Shown here: one piece after another, positions 1-12,444 of the stretch
Layout of the letters: each line of letters starts with the position of its first letter
How positions within the stretch are numbered: the first letter of the stretch is position 1
Assembly (NCBI GenBank): GCA_964016885.1
Contig: OZ024740.1
Coordinates: 384,896,001 to 384,960,000, forward strand
DNA length: 64,000 nt
Source of the DNA: Eledone cirrhosa
Taxonomy: Eukaryota
Direction: 5' to 3'
Notes under the pieces: generated by a model
The model's database searches: none
What the model was told of the DNA's origin: nothing
Seen by the model: the letters and a program-made list of their open reading frames with translations, nothing else
Made by a program: the position numbers and the translations under genes

Positions 1-120
1 TATATATATATATATACATCTAGAGGTTGTAACGTGAAGTTACTGTAGGTTCACTCAGCCGAGCAGTCGATGTTTAGGTTGACGTCAGTAGCGTGGTGGA
101 GAGCTAGACAGAGTGTAATA

Positions 121-190
121 TAATAAGTGTTTCTACTTTTGGCACAAGGCCAGCAATTAACCAGTGCATTTATCGACCCCGTAAGGATGA
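121..190 (-). mobile_element. SINE 3' fragment
   Basis: TTTCTACTTTTGGCACAAGGCCAGCAATT..TATCGACCCCGTAAGGATGAA. Older diverged copies also occur near 13510-13680, 22390-22560, 23760-23900, 26870-27025, 42650-42830, 45780-45930 and 55200-55410. Confidence 0.7.
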
Positions 191-195
191 ATATA

Positions 196-418
196 ATAAT
201 ACAAGGATAATTTGGTAAGCTTTCATTACATTTATTGAATAGTGACGCGCGTTTCGGTATTGATCAGCTGAAGGTTTAATCTGTATATTACTGGCCCGAC
301 TGTGGAATCTGAGTCGGGTCAGATCGATAAAGATCGAACCTTAAGCTGATCAATAGCGAATGCGCGTCACCAATCAATAAATGTAATGAAGGCTGAACAA
401 ATCGTCATTGTATTATTA
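196..418. repeat. Imperfect inverted repeat (fold-back)
   Basis: Arms of ~80 bp at 196-278 and 338-418, with an inner stem CTGGCCCGAC/GTCGGGTCAG. Confidence 0.8.
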
Positions 419-426
419 TTATTATT

Positions 427-512
<86 letters not shown>

Positions 513-530
513 AGAGAGAGAGATTCAGAA

Positions 531-688
531 ACCCGACGGCTGAGCTCCGGCCGCTTCGACAGCTAGATCCGAACTGTCGAAACGGCCGGGCTCAGCCGTC
601 GGGGTCCTGACTCTTTTCATATTAGCCACTCTACTACCACAAGTATCAACTACTCTGGTGGGTTATAGTGCCTCTGGTATTTTACCAC

Positions 689-692
<4 letters not shown>
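531..692. repeat. Small dispersed repeat with a GC-rich hairpin
   Basis: Hairpin CCCGACGGCTGAGCTCCGGCCG..CGGCCGGGCTCAGCCGTCGGG. Related copies at ~35408-35570, 56394-56440 and 62420-62545, all beside (TA)n. Confidence 0.7.
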
Positions 693-763
<71 letters not shown>

Positions 764-794
764 ATTATTAGAATTTCCAGCGAAAGCTCAACAC

Positions 795-1228
795 TCTTTA
801 GACTTTGTGTGCGAAGTGCGATGATGCATGATAGTGAAACATGAGTAGTGATTGCAGAGGTCATGCGTAGACTGGAGAGAAAAGAAGCAGCCATGCTTCG
901 TTGAATGTGCAGTATGAACGTGAGAAAAGTGCAGTTTGGATAAACTGAGGGAGAAACTGGGTTTAAGCAGAATCCGAAGTCTTGTGCAAAAGTGAAAACT
1001 TCGTGGGTATGGACATGTGATGAGCATGGATGATGAACAGTTGTTGACGAAGTGCCAGAAACTCTCAGTAGAGGGAAGCCGCAGTAAAGGTAGACCAAGG
1101 AAGACCTGGGCAGAGGTAGTGAAAGCTGATCTCAAATCGCTGAGACTCACAGAGGAGATGAAGAAGTTCCGGTCATTCCAAGTAATCGTGGAAAAACGAA
1201 CCAAAAAGGTGATTATGATGATGATGAT
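795..1228 (+). mobile_element. RTE-clade LINE 3' fragment
   Basis: Translation CVRSAMMHDSET*..LREKLG..KLRGYGHVM..GRPRKTWAEVVKADL, ending in an (ATG)n tail. Confidence 0.8.
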
Positions 1229-1569
1229 ATATATGTGTGGGCATTTTAGTTTGTGTGCTTGCATGTGTATGTTAGAATAGAAACTCAAACGTAGATGTTC
1301 TTATTGAAGACATAACCACATGTTTTAATATTTAGAAGAAATACGTTAAATTTCTATGAAATTAATTGAAATTATTTCAGTGACCAACATTCCTGGCAAC
1401 TAGCTACATTTCTATGTCAATATATGTACTACATTAGTTTAATATATGTAGATATGTAACCCAAGAAGGTATAGTTATTTAATATCCACTATATTTCCCG
1501 AAATCAACTGATAGTGCCGGTTTACTTACAAATGGCCACCACATTTCTTGGGATATCTTGGTTGGGTCA

Positions 1570-2420
1570 GTAATATACCAGAAATAAATAAGGCTACGTT
1601 TAAATAATTCGATATAATTAATTTTTACTGGATCAGGAAATTGATGTTATGCACGCCAGAAAACCCTGCCCCTTTATACCAACAAATCTACCTGGATTAA
1701 AAAGTCAAATCCAATAGATACTTTTGATGTCTCAATTGGGTCGTAGAACAGCTCAAATATTTGCAACTTGGTTGGATTATTTATACATCGTACAGTTAAG
1801 AAAAATAATCTTTAACCCCATCAATGATTTCTAAAGCGATAATGGTTTGTCAGCCTCACATAATCGCAATGGCCATTCCCTAGGTAAATTCCGCAAAGAC
1901 CTAACAGAGATATTTAGTAACTTCGCTTTTTCAGTAAAGACTTAGGCAAAAATACTTAGACCACCTAATAGATAAGTACTTCCCCTCTCCACATATATAT
2001 TTAGTATGCAGCCAGTGAAAATCAGCTATTCCTGCCGACCTTGCATGAAGTCGAAGATAACACATAACAAACCCGAAGAAAACCCACGTTGTATGTGCGG
2101 GATAAAAAAGATCTACCCCCTACCACAAAGATGTAATGTCAAGTCAATAATGTATGAAGTTACCATTACAACAGATACAACCAACAAAAGAGAAAACCGC
2201 GAACGATATGTGGGTATGGCATACGTCCGATTTATAAAAATCACATATCACCTTCTTTGCACACCGGCAATAGGATGCAGCATCGATAATGACAAAGAAA
2301 GTCTGAGAATTGAAATATAAAGAAATACCTTCCAAAATTAAATAGGTTATCCTAGATGGGTCCAAACAGCATATCAAAGGAACTAAGAGATGTTTATTGT
2401 TCCAAAACAAGAAATTTTGC
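1570..2420 (+). pseudogene. Degraded, internally deleted Penelope-type RT/GIY-YIG remnant
   Basis: Translated remnants FK*FDIINFY (~1600-1630), FDVSIGS*NSSNICNLVGLFI (~1723-1785) and KISYSCRPCMKSKITHN..CMC..YPLPQRC..SIMY..YVGM (ORF 2006-2320). Confidence 0.75.
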
Positions 2421-2808
2421 ATACTGCATGGCTTAAAATAACGAAGTATTTGGAAGTTGCTAGCATCTAAAATGCCATCTTCTTTTAGCATTGATATTTC
2501 AAGCCAAGACATCCAACGTCAACAGCCAATGTGTACCTATTTTAATGCATTATACCAAGATCATCCCCACCAAATAACATCAGTCTGTACACGAAATCTT
2601 TTAACAGTATATATATATGAATAGATCTAAAATTAATACCTATATTATCTACGCCCATTTAATCTCAGGAGATCTCACTCGAAGTAACGTCTGTCACATT
2701 ATCTACTTACCTGTTGAAAAGCAGACCCCTAATACAACGTTATGGCCAATACAGGTGTATGCTTCGAAACCTAATGTAGCGATCAACTATGTCAAGAACA
2801 CATTACTA

Positions 2809-2906
<98 letters not shown>

Positions 2907-3039
2907 GTGTGTGTGAGTGTGCGTGTGTGAGGGGGGGGGGGCATACATAAATATGTACATATACATATTTTATATGCATTCAAAGTATCCTGATGTCCAC
3001 CAACCCCCCACATATATATATATACATATATAAGCAAAA

Positions 3040-4145
3040 GGGATATTCAATTTGTTGGTAATTCAACAAATATAAATGTTTATAACTGATTCAGAGCACG
3101 GGACAAGTTTTCTGGAGTATAATATTCAATGATATTAAATAAATGGAAACTATATTTATAAAACCATATTTATTCTATTATATATATTTCAAGGGTACCA
3201 AAACTTTGGTACGCTTTCATAAGATAAAATACAAAATTTGCTTTATAAATGTTGACATAACCAAGAAAAAGATACCTTAACGGTTCAAGTTTTCCTTGGA
3301 TCAAGGGATAAGAGAAGAAAAGTCAGATATTTCAAATTATTAAGATGAGTATGCAAATAAGGTTGAGGTATAGGGCTGAAAAAAAAACGTTATTTTAGAC
3401 GCTATGCAGAATTTAAATAATTAGGATATATGTATGTATGAGTAGGAAGAAGAAAAAGGAAGAAGAGCTTGTATTTACGTTAATTTAAAAGGAATTATCA
3501 ATTTGGGAGAATGGTGGAATATGATTCCAGAATTTAAATTTATTTAGCTATATTATGAGTTATAATATTGTATATATAATCTATTATATTATATGAAGAA
3601 ATATGGTTGTAAGTAGATTTTATCTTATTACATTACAATAGGTTATAAGTATATAAATATCAATATATATTAATAATTGTGCATGTATAAGTATTATAGA
3701 AATAGAAATAAAAATAAAAATAATATTAGAAATAATTTACAATTATTAGTTGTTTACATTTCTAATATGAGTAGGATGTTGATTTTGCATTTTACATAAA
3801 AAAAACAGGTGATTCAAGTGGTTTAAATAGAATTAATAATAGAAAATTAAATTTAAATCCTAACAAAACTACCTGGCACGGTCTCGAGAAAGTTGCCGCT
3901 GATCGTGACCGTTGGCGAGTATTTACTGCTCGATGCACCGAACGGTGCGGAAGAATCTAGGACTAAGACTAAAACTCATACATAGGTATATCCTAATTAT
4001 TTCAATTCTACATAGCGTCTAAAGTAACGTTGTTTTTTTTCAGCCCTATACCTCAACCTCATTTGCACACGTGTTTTGGTACCATTGAAATATATATAAT
4101 AAAATAAATATGATTTTATAAATATAGTTTCCATTTATTTAATAT

Positions 4146-4150
<5 letters not shown>
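3040..4150. mobile_element. Fold-back copy of the same family with an AT-rich spacer
   Basis: 3127-3430 is inverted at 3987-4150 with an internal deletion. The core is mutated to CTTATGA. Confidence 0.65.
3871..3971 (+). mobile_element. Short RTE-like LINE 3' end
   Basis: Translation TWHGLEKVAADRDRWRVF.., followed by a short ACTAAG-type tail. Confidence 0.5.
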
Positions 4151-4220
<70 letters not shown>

Positions 4221-4361
4221 TACTTTGGGAGGGTCATGTTGCCTATAAGAAACACATGCACCATATACTTTCACTTCAATTTATTATAATAAATTTATAG
4301 ATTTAGGAATTTATAAATTTCCGGTTGGTTGGTTCTACAACCAGATGATTGTTTATATATT

Positions 4362-4404
4362 GTCAAAGTTCTTTCGTCACAGATTCTGTGACCTCTTCAG
4401 TGAC
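4362..4404 (-). ncRNA. Minimal HHR in the PLE pseudo-LTR (second copy at 6892-6934 on +, with GAAA changed to AAAA)
   Basis: GTCA-CTGAAGA-GGTCACAGAATCTGTGAC-GAAAG-AA-CTT-TGAC. Confidence 0.7.
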
Positions 4405-4820
4405 TGGGGATTCTTTTCTTTGTGTTTGTGCCTCTCCTTTGTTCTGTCCTACGCCATCCTGTGTTTGTGTGTGTTGTGTGCTTAGTTTGCGCATGTGTTA
4501 CATCCGGGTGTCTGTGTGTGTTTATATTTGTTTATTTATTTGTTTATTTACATGTTACTGGTTGGTTGTTTGTTCTATATGCGTGTGTGTTTTCATTTTG
4601 TCCTTAATTGTAAGTTGTGATGTTGCTGTTCCACTCATGTTTTCTATATAATTTTGGTTGGAGTTCATTTATGTTTATTGCCTGAGTGATTTGTCTAAAC
4701 ATTGCGTCTTTTCTGTGTGTAGATTCTATTTTTATTTTTATGTTCTCTAATTTACTCTTATATTCTATTTTAGCATGTTGGTAGAGTACAGATGATTCTT
4801 TACTATCTTGAAGGTCGCGT

Positions 4821-6680
4821 TTGTATGGGCTTCGAAAAGACCATAAAACGAGCAGTGACCCTGTCACAGGAACACCAACACGGCCTGTCTGTGCAGCTAA
4901 CATTGCTAGTAACTACAGACTTTCATAGTTCCTCTCCCTGATCATACGCCCCATCATTGAAATGTCCCCAGATATATGTGACAGCACGGAGGACCTCCTC
5001 AGCAGAATCGGCGAGAGTAACCTAACAAACTGCATAATGGGTAGTATGGATGTTGTGTCCCTGTATCCATCTACTGACGTGGATTTTGCTGTGGAGAAAT
5101 GCGTAGAAATGATCAGTGAGAGCAATGTTGAATTCCGTGGGATTGATACCAGTGAGCTGGGACTCCTACTTAAACTTACCTATAGTAATAATTATCTAGA
5201 TACATATGGCCTTCGCAACCTGTACCCTACAAGACCAGCAAGAGGCAGACCACCTACCATTACCTCAATGGCCAAGAAAACCCACACAGATAGATGGAAC
5301 GGGTGGACCAGAGCCATACGGACCCACGAAAACCACGATGAACTAAAGAAAATGATTGCACATGCGGTAGGGGCCAGCATAAAATTAACCCTTAAGGAAC
5401 ATATGTTCAAATTTAATGGAAAAACATATGCCCAAGAGGAGGGAGCAGCCATTGGTGTTAGCATTGCAGGCGACATAGCTAACCCATTCATGGTATGGTG
5501 GGACAGTAGACTTAAATTTAAACTTAAAGAACAATTAGAAGACCCCTTAACCCTGATAATGTACTCCCGCTACGTTGATGATATAAACATCGTAGTTAAA
5601 ACACCCCCACTAGAGAACGGTTAGGAATTAGAGAAAAACACAATGGAAAGCATCCAGCAAATAGTTAACTCCATCCACCAGAGTATTAGAGTTACTATAG
5701 ACTACCCAAGCAAACACCCAACCATCGAATACCTGTACTAGACACAGAGCTCTGGTTAGATACCATTAATAACAAAAAAAAAATCCTACATTCCCATTAT
5801 GCCAAACCCATGAGTTCCAAATATCTGATCCACCAAAACTCAGCTGTTTCGGACCATACCAAAATCAACATACTGATTGCGGATTTGGTACGGGTGATGA
5901 GAAACGTGTCCCGCATGTGTAACCCCGAAGAACTAGAGAGACACATACAACACTTCATCCACCGTATGCAGTTCTCTAGTTACAATCAGAGAGATAAAAT
6001 CAGAGTATATAGAGGAGCCAGGACAAAATGGGAAAAAATGGTAAATAATGACACAAATGAGACCTGCCCCTTGTATAGGAGCAAATTTTGGAATAGAATA
6101 GAAAGAACGAGGAATAAGGCTAATAGAATGAACTCATGGTATGATAGCAATAAATACCTAAGTGTAATGTTCATCGATACCACCCTTAGAGGTGAATTAG
6201 ATTACAAATTTAGAAGGGCCATAGATAAACATAAACTCAATATTAAGATAGTACCTCCATAAAAAACACTTATTAGCAATACATACCCCTTTCGATGACC
6301 TCCCTGTATAGATAAGAAATGTATAATCTGTAAATTAAGCCCCCGTATTAACTGTAAAACTAGAAATGTAGTATATATTTATAAGATGTACTGAAGGACG
6401 ATGTAGAGATAAAAATATAGTGTACATAGGTGAGACAGCTCGTAGTATAGGGGAACGGATAAATGAACACTGACGAGACCTTCAAGATAGTAAAGAATCA
6501 TATGTACTCTACCAACATGCTAAAATAGAACATAAGGGTAAATTAGAGAACATAGAAATAAAAATAGAATCTACACACAGAAAAGACGCAATGTTTAGAC
6601 AAATCACAGAGGCAATAAACATAAATGAACTCCAACCAAAATTAAATAGAACACATTGCGTGGAACAGCAACATAACAAC
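4821..6680 (+). pseudogene. PLE reverse transcriptase and GIY-YIG endonuclease, broken by stops and frameshifts
   Basis: RT motifs LYGLRKDHK..PTRPV, SMDVVSLYPS, GAAIGVSIAGDIAN..MVWWD and YSRYVDDI. Endonuclease region C..KKC..C...NCKTRNVVY / YIGETARSIGERINEH (YIG at 6423-6431) ..RQITEAINI..LNR. Confidence 0.9.
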
Positions 6681-7142
6681 TTACAATAAAGGACAAAATG
6701 AAAACACACACGCACATAGAACAAACGACCAACCAGTAACATGTAAATAAACAAATAAATAAACAAATATAAACACACACAGACACCCGGATGTAACACA
6801 TGCGCAAACTAAGCACACAACACACACACAAAAAGAAGATGGCGTAGGACGGAACAAAGGAGAGGCACAAAAACAAAGAAAAGAATCCCCAGTCACTGAA
6901 GAGGTCACAGAATGTGTGACAAAAGAACTTTGACAATATATAAACAATCATCTGGTTATGGAACCAACCAGCCAACCGGAAATTTATAAATTCCTGAATT
7001 TATAAACGTATTATAATAAATTGAGGTGAAAGCAACTGGTGCGTGTGTTTCTTATAGGCAACATGACCCTCCCAAAGTATAACAATATCGGTTTCAACAC
7101 ACGTTTTCAGATAAAGAATCTTGCTAAACAAATTCAGAAACG

Positions 7143-7188
<46 letters not shown>

Positions 7189-7207
7189 GGAAAAAATGAA
7201 ATTTTAT

Positions 7208-7264
<57 letters not shown>

Positions 7265-7393
7265 GAAGAAAATGAAATTATATTTCTCACTCTTCGTACG
7301 GCTGACACTTAAATATAAGTATGTATATATACATATATGTATACAGACGTACAGTAGGATGTATATACATACACATACATGCACACATATATG

Positions 7394-7717
7394 TACGAAA
7401 GGGTTTACCGAACATTTATTATAATGCTCGGTTTGTTTGTAAACAAACAGCCCGACTAACTCACTCGATATGCAAATCAGGCTGCTCAGCCGTTAATATG
7501 CATATGGTTCAATTAACTAATATGCAAACGTTCAAACAACTGACAGGAAGGTATACGGTGCTGATGACAGCTAATAAGCTAGAAACTAGTCCATCGTTCC
7601 TTTGTCAGTGTTGAACAAAATGGCAGCGATGGTTGCCGAACACTGTACGGCTAATAATTCGGGTTATTTGTTTACAAATAAACCGAGCATTATGATAAAT
7701 GTTCGGTAAACCCATAC

Positions 7718-7720
<3 letters not shown>
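7394..7720 (+). mobile_element. ~330-bp insert with 66-bp terminal inverted arms and a central type I HHR (7555-7597)
   Basis: Arms at 7394-7459 and 7655-7720. HHR is ACGGTG-CTGATGA-CAGCTAATAAGCTA-GAAAC-TA-GTC-CATCGT. Confidence 0.75.
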
Positions 7721-9562
<1,842 letters not shown>

Positions 9563-10396
9563 TGAAGGTGGCTAAGATGCTTCCATAGGCGGTATACCGG
9601 TTGAGCACTCTATGCTCTTACAGAGCAGAGTATGATAGAATAGAACACGAAAAATCAGTAATGAATCTGAACTCAATTTATTGTGTGTTACAATCGTTTC
9701 GCCGGCGGACAGCTCGAGACGCGATCATTGTGTGGATCTGTTTGATTCTGGACCCGCAGATTCGTCGGACACGTCTAATGATTTCGGAGCATATTCTCTC
9801 CGTGTTTCAAATACCAGGCATATATATATATACCTGGTATTTGAAACACGGAAACACGTATCTGTGATAGCGTGTTTGTACATGTACGTATATATGTACA
9901 TATATATATATATATACACATACACACACACACATATATACATACATGTGTGTGTGTATCGAAGCACTGAATACACACTCTCACACACGTAAATATACAT
10001 ACATACATATTGAAGTTGTTGAGATTACATTCAGCTGTAAGTGAAGTGAGAGTTATAGCACCAATACAAAGTAAATATTTGCTCTCTACTAATTCTATTG
10101 AGTCCTTTCTCCGGTCTTTGTGTCTATATGTATACGGTACTTTACATACACTACGGAACTACATAAGACAGGCGCGCACACATACACAAACACACACATA
10201 CACATACACAAACACACACATACGCGTATTTACTAGATACATATATTTCATTCAATATTCAATATACCATGTAGATTAATCACACAGAGCCTATATTGAA
10301 ACAAATACACAGCAGACAAAATTCACAGCAGACAAAATTCACACAAACACACACCCTCACACACGTATATATATATATATATATAATATATGTATA

Positions 10397-10433
<37 letters not shown>

Positions 10434-10451
10434 CCCACACCCTGTATATAC

Positions 10452-10492
<41 letters not shown>

Positions 10493-10842
10493 GTGTGTGT
10501 GTGTTTATATATATACGCTGACAAGCATACTCATACATATGTGAGCGTGTGTATCTGAGTATGAGCGTGCGTCTGTGTGTGTGTATGCGGAAACTAAACG
10601 ATAAAAAAAACTAGTGAATCGATACGGTAGAATGAAGGTTTATATTATTTTACAATTTATATAATAGGAAAAGTGTCTTAAAGTTTCGGACTTTTCTCCT
10701 TCATCAGAAGATAGAATGGGAGATAAAAAAATCGAAATATAGACGAGAGGAAAAAGAGGAAGAAACGGACAGAAAATCTGGAAAGGAAGCACATGAGTTT
10801 AGACAGCCATTTTCACATCCACATACATACGCACATACACAC

Positions 10843-10875
<33 letters not shown>

Positions 10876-10880
10876 CGTAT

Positions 10881-11730
10881 ATATGAAAAACATGGGAAGA
10901 AAGAGGAATACTGCGTGGTTGCACATGGGTTACATATTATAACATTAGTCCCTCATCAGTGATTTGCCAACCATCATTGGTATTTCATCGCATTTAAAAT
11001 CAGATACCTCAGGTTGGTGCGAGCAATAACTAAAATAAGCTATTGCGACAAGTGAATTGCGTAAAGCGAGTGAGACAAGTAAACAACATAGAAGGAAAAG
11101 CAAACCGAAGGTAGGAAAACAGCAAGCATCATGGTGGTTATCCGGTCAGCATAATCTGGGTGAATTTCATGAGCGGTCAGAAAACAGACCGTCCGCCGTG
11201 AATGAGATGTGAGAAAGAAAGAACCCAACTACTAACGAACGGGAGGAAGTAGGAAGGGGAGAAGCAGAGAGTGAGTGAGTGGAAGTGCGAGGAAGAGGTC
11301 AGTCGAGAGAAAGTGTAACTGGTAGAGGGGGTGAAAGAAGGTGAGAGAAACAGAGAGAACGGGGGAGCAGTAAGAGAGAAAGAGAGAAACAGATAATCGC
11401 AGTCGAGGTAAATATGTATGAAAAACATGGGAAGAAAGAGGAATACTGCGTGGTTGCACATGGGTTACATATTATAAAATCAGTCCCTCATCAGTGATTT
11501 GCCAACCATCATTGGTATTTCATCGCATTAAAAATCATATACCTCAGGTTGGTGCGAGCAATAACTAAAATAAGCTATTGGGACAAGTGAATCGCGTAAA
11601 GCGAGTGAGACAAGTAAACAACATAGAAGGAAAAGCAAACCGAAAGTAGGAAAACAGCAAGCAACATGATGGTTATCCGGTCAGCATAAGCTGGGTGAAT
11701 TTCCTGAGCGGTCAGAAAACAGACCGTCCG

Positions 11731-11732
<2 letters not shown>
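10881..11732. repeat. Direct repeat of ~315 bp separated by a purine-rich spacer
   Basis: 10881-11196 closely matches 11417-11732. The block is bounded by (TA)n. Confidence 0.85.
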
Positions 11733-11785
<53 letters not shown>

Positions 11786-11789
11786 CAAT

Positions 11790-12190
11790 ATATTAACAAA
11801 TGGAAACTATTTCTAAAACCATATTTATTTCATTATACATATTTCATGGGCCACCAGAGCAAACTATGGTGCGCTTTCATCAGATAAAATATATTATAGA
11901 TTAGTTTTATAAATAAATATTGACATACACTTAAAAATGCAACCATTCTGGTTGGAATCTCCTGGATATTTATTTATAAAACTAACCTATATTATATTTT
12001 ATCTGATGAAAGCGCACCATAGTTTGCTATGGTGGCCCTTGAAATATGTATAATGAAATAAATATGGTTTTATAAATATAGTTTCCATTTGTTAATATAT
12101 TGTATATTTACTCCAATAATTTGTTGAGTGCTTTATATCAATTATAAAAATATTTTGCTTGTTGTATCCCAACAAATTAAATATAACCTC
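11790..12190. mobile_element. Fold-back copy of the same family with two divergently oriented HHR motifs
   Basis: HHR motifs at 11830-11887 (-) and 11999-12056 (+). Shares the AAATGGAAACTATATTTATAAAACCATATTTATT block with the other copies. Confidence 0.75.
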
Positions 12191-12265
12191 TACATATATA
12201 CATATACATATATATATAGAAGTGGTTACACAACAGTTAGTTCACCATACGGAGTTCGTAAATTA

Positions 12266-12303
12266 CGAGCTGAGGATCCGCTAAGGTGAAACAATTGTTC
12301 TCG
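12266..12303 (+). ncRNA. Minimal HHR enclosed by 34-bp inverted arms (12217-12250 / 12304-12337)
   Basis: CGAG-CTGAGGA-TCCGCTAAGGT-GAAAC-AATT-GTT-CTCG. Confidence 0.7.
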
Positions 12304-12399
12304 GTATGGTGAACTAACTGTTGTTTAACCACTTCTACCTAACTCGTCCCATGGACTGAGTGTTCTACCACTACGGATGTTACCTTCCAGTGTTCTACC

Positions 12400-12444
<45 letters not shown>

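Larger units (their letters stand above)
4218..7083 (+). mobile_element. 5'-truncated Penelope-like retroelement (RT + C-terminal GIY-YIG) with an inverted 5' pseudo-LTR; degraded
   Basis: 4218-4820 is an inverted copy of 6473-7083. The coding frame resumes at 4821. The element is flanked by (TA)n tracts and carries an HHR motif in both terminal repeats. Confidence 0.9.

Noticed and set aside
2705-2782. Possible terminal HHR of the 1570-2420 PLE remnant (CTGTTGA..AAGCA/TGCTT..GAAAC..GTA)
   Set aside because: The core is mutated and stem I is unconvincing; too degenerate to call.
6296-6473. In-frame TGA codons in the PLE endonuclease as selenocysteine (reported for some Naiad PLEs)
   Set aside because: The TGAs at 6296 and 6471 do not fall at the Cys positions, which are intact TGT codons. 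The copy also has TAG stops and frameshifts, so decay explains them.
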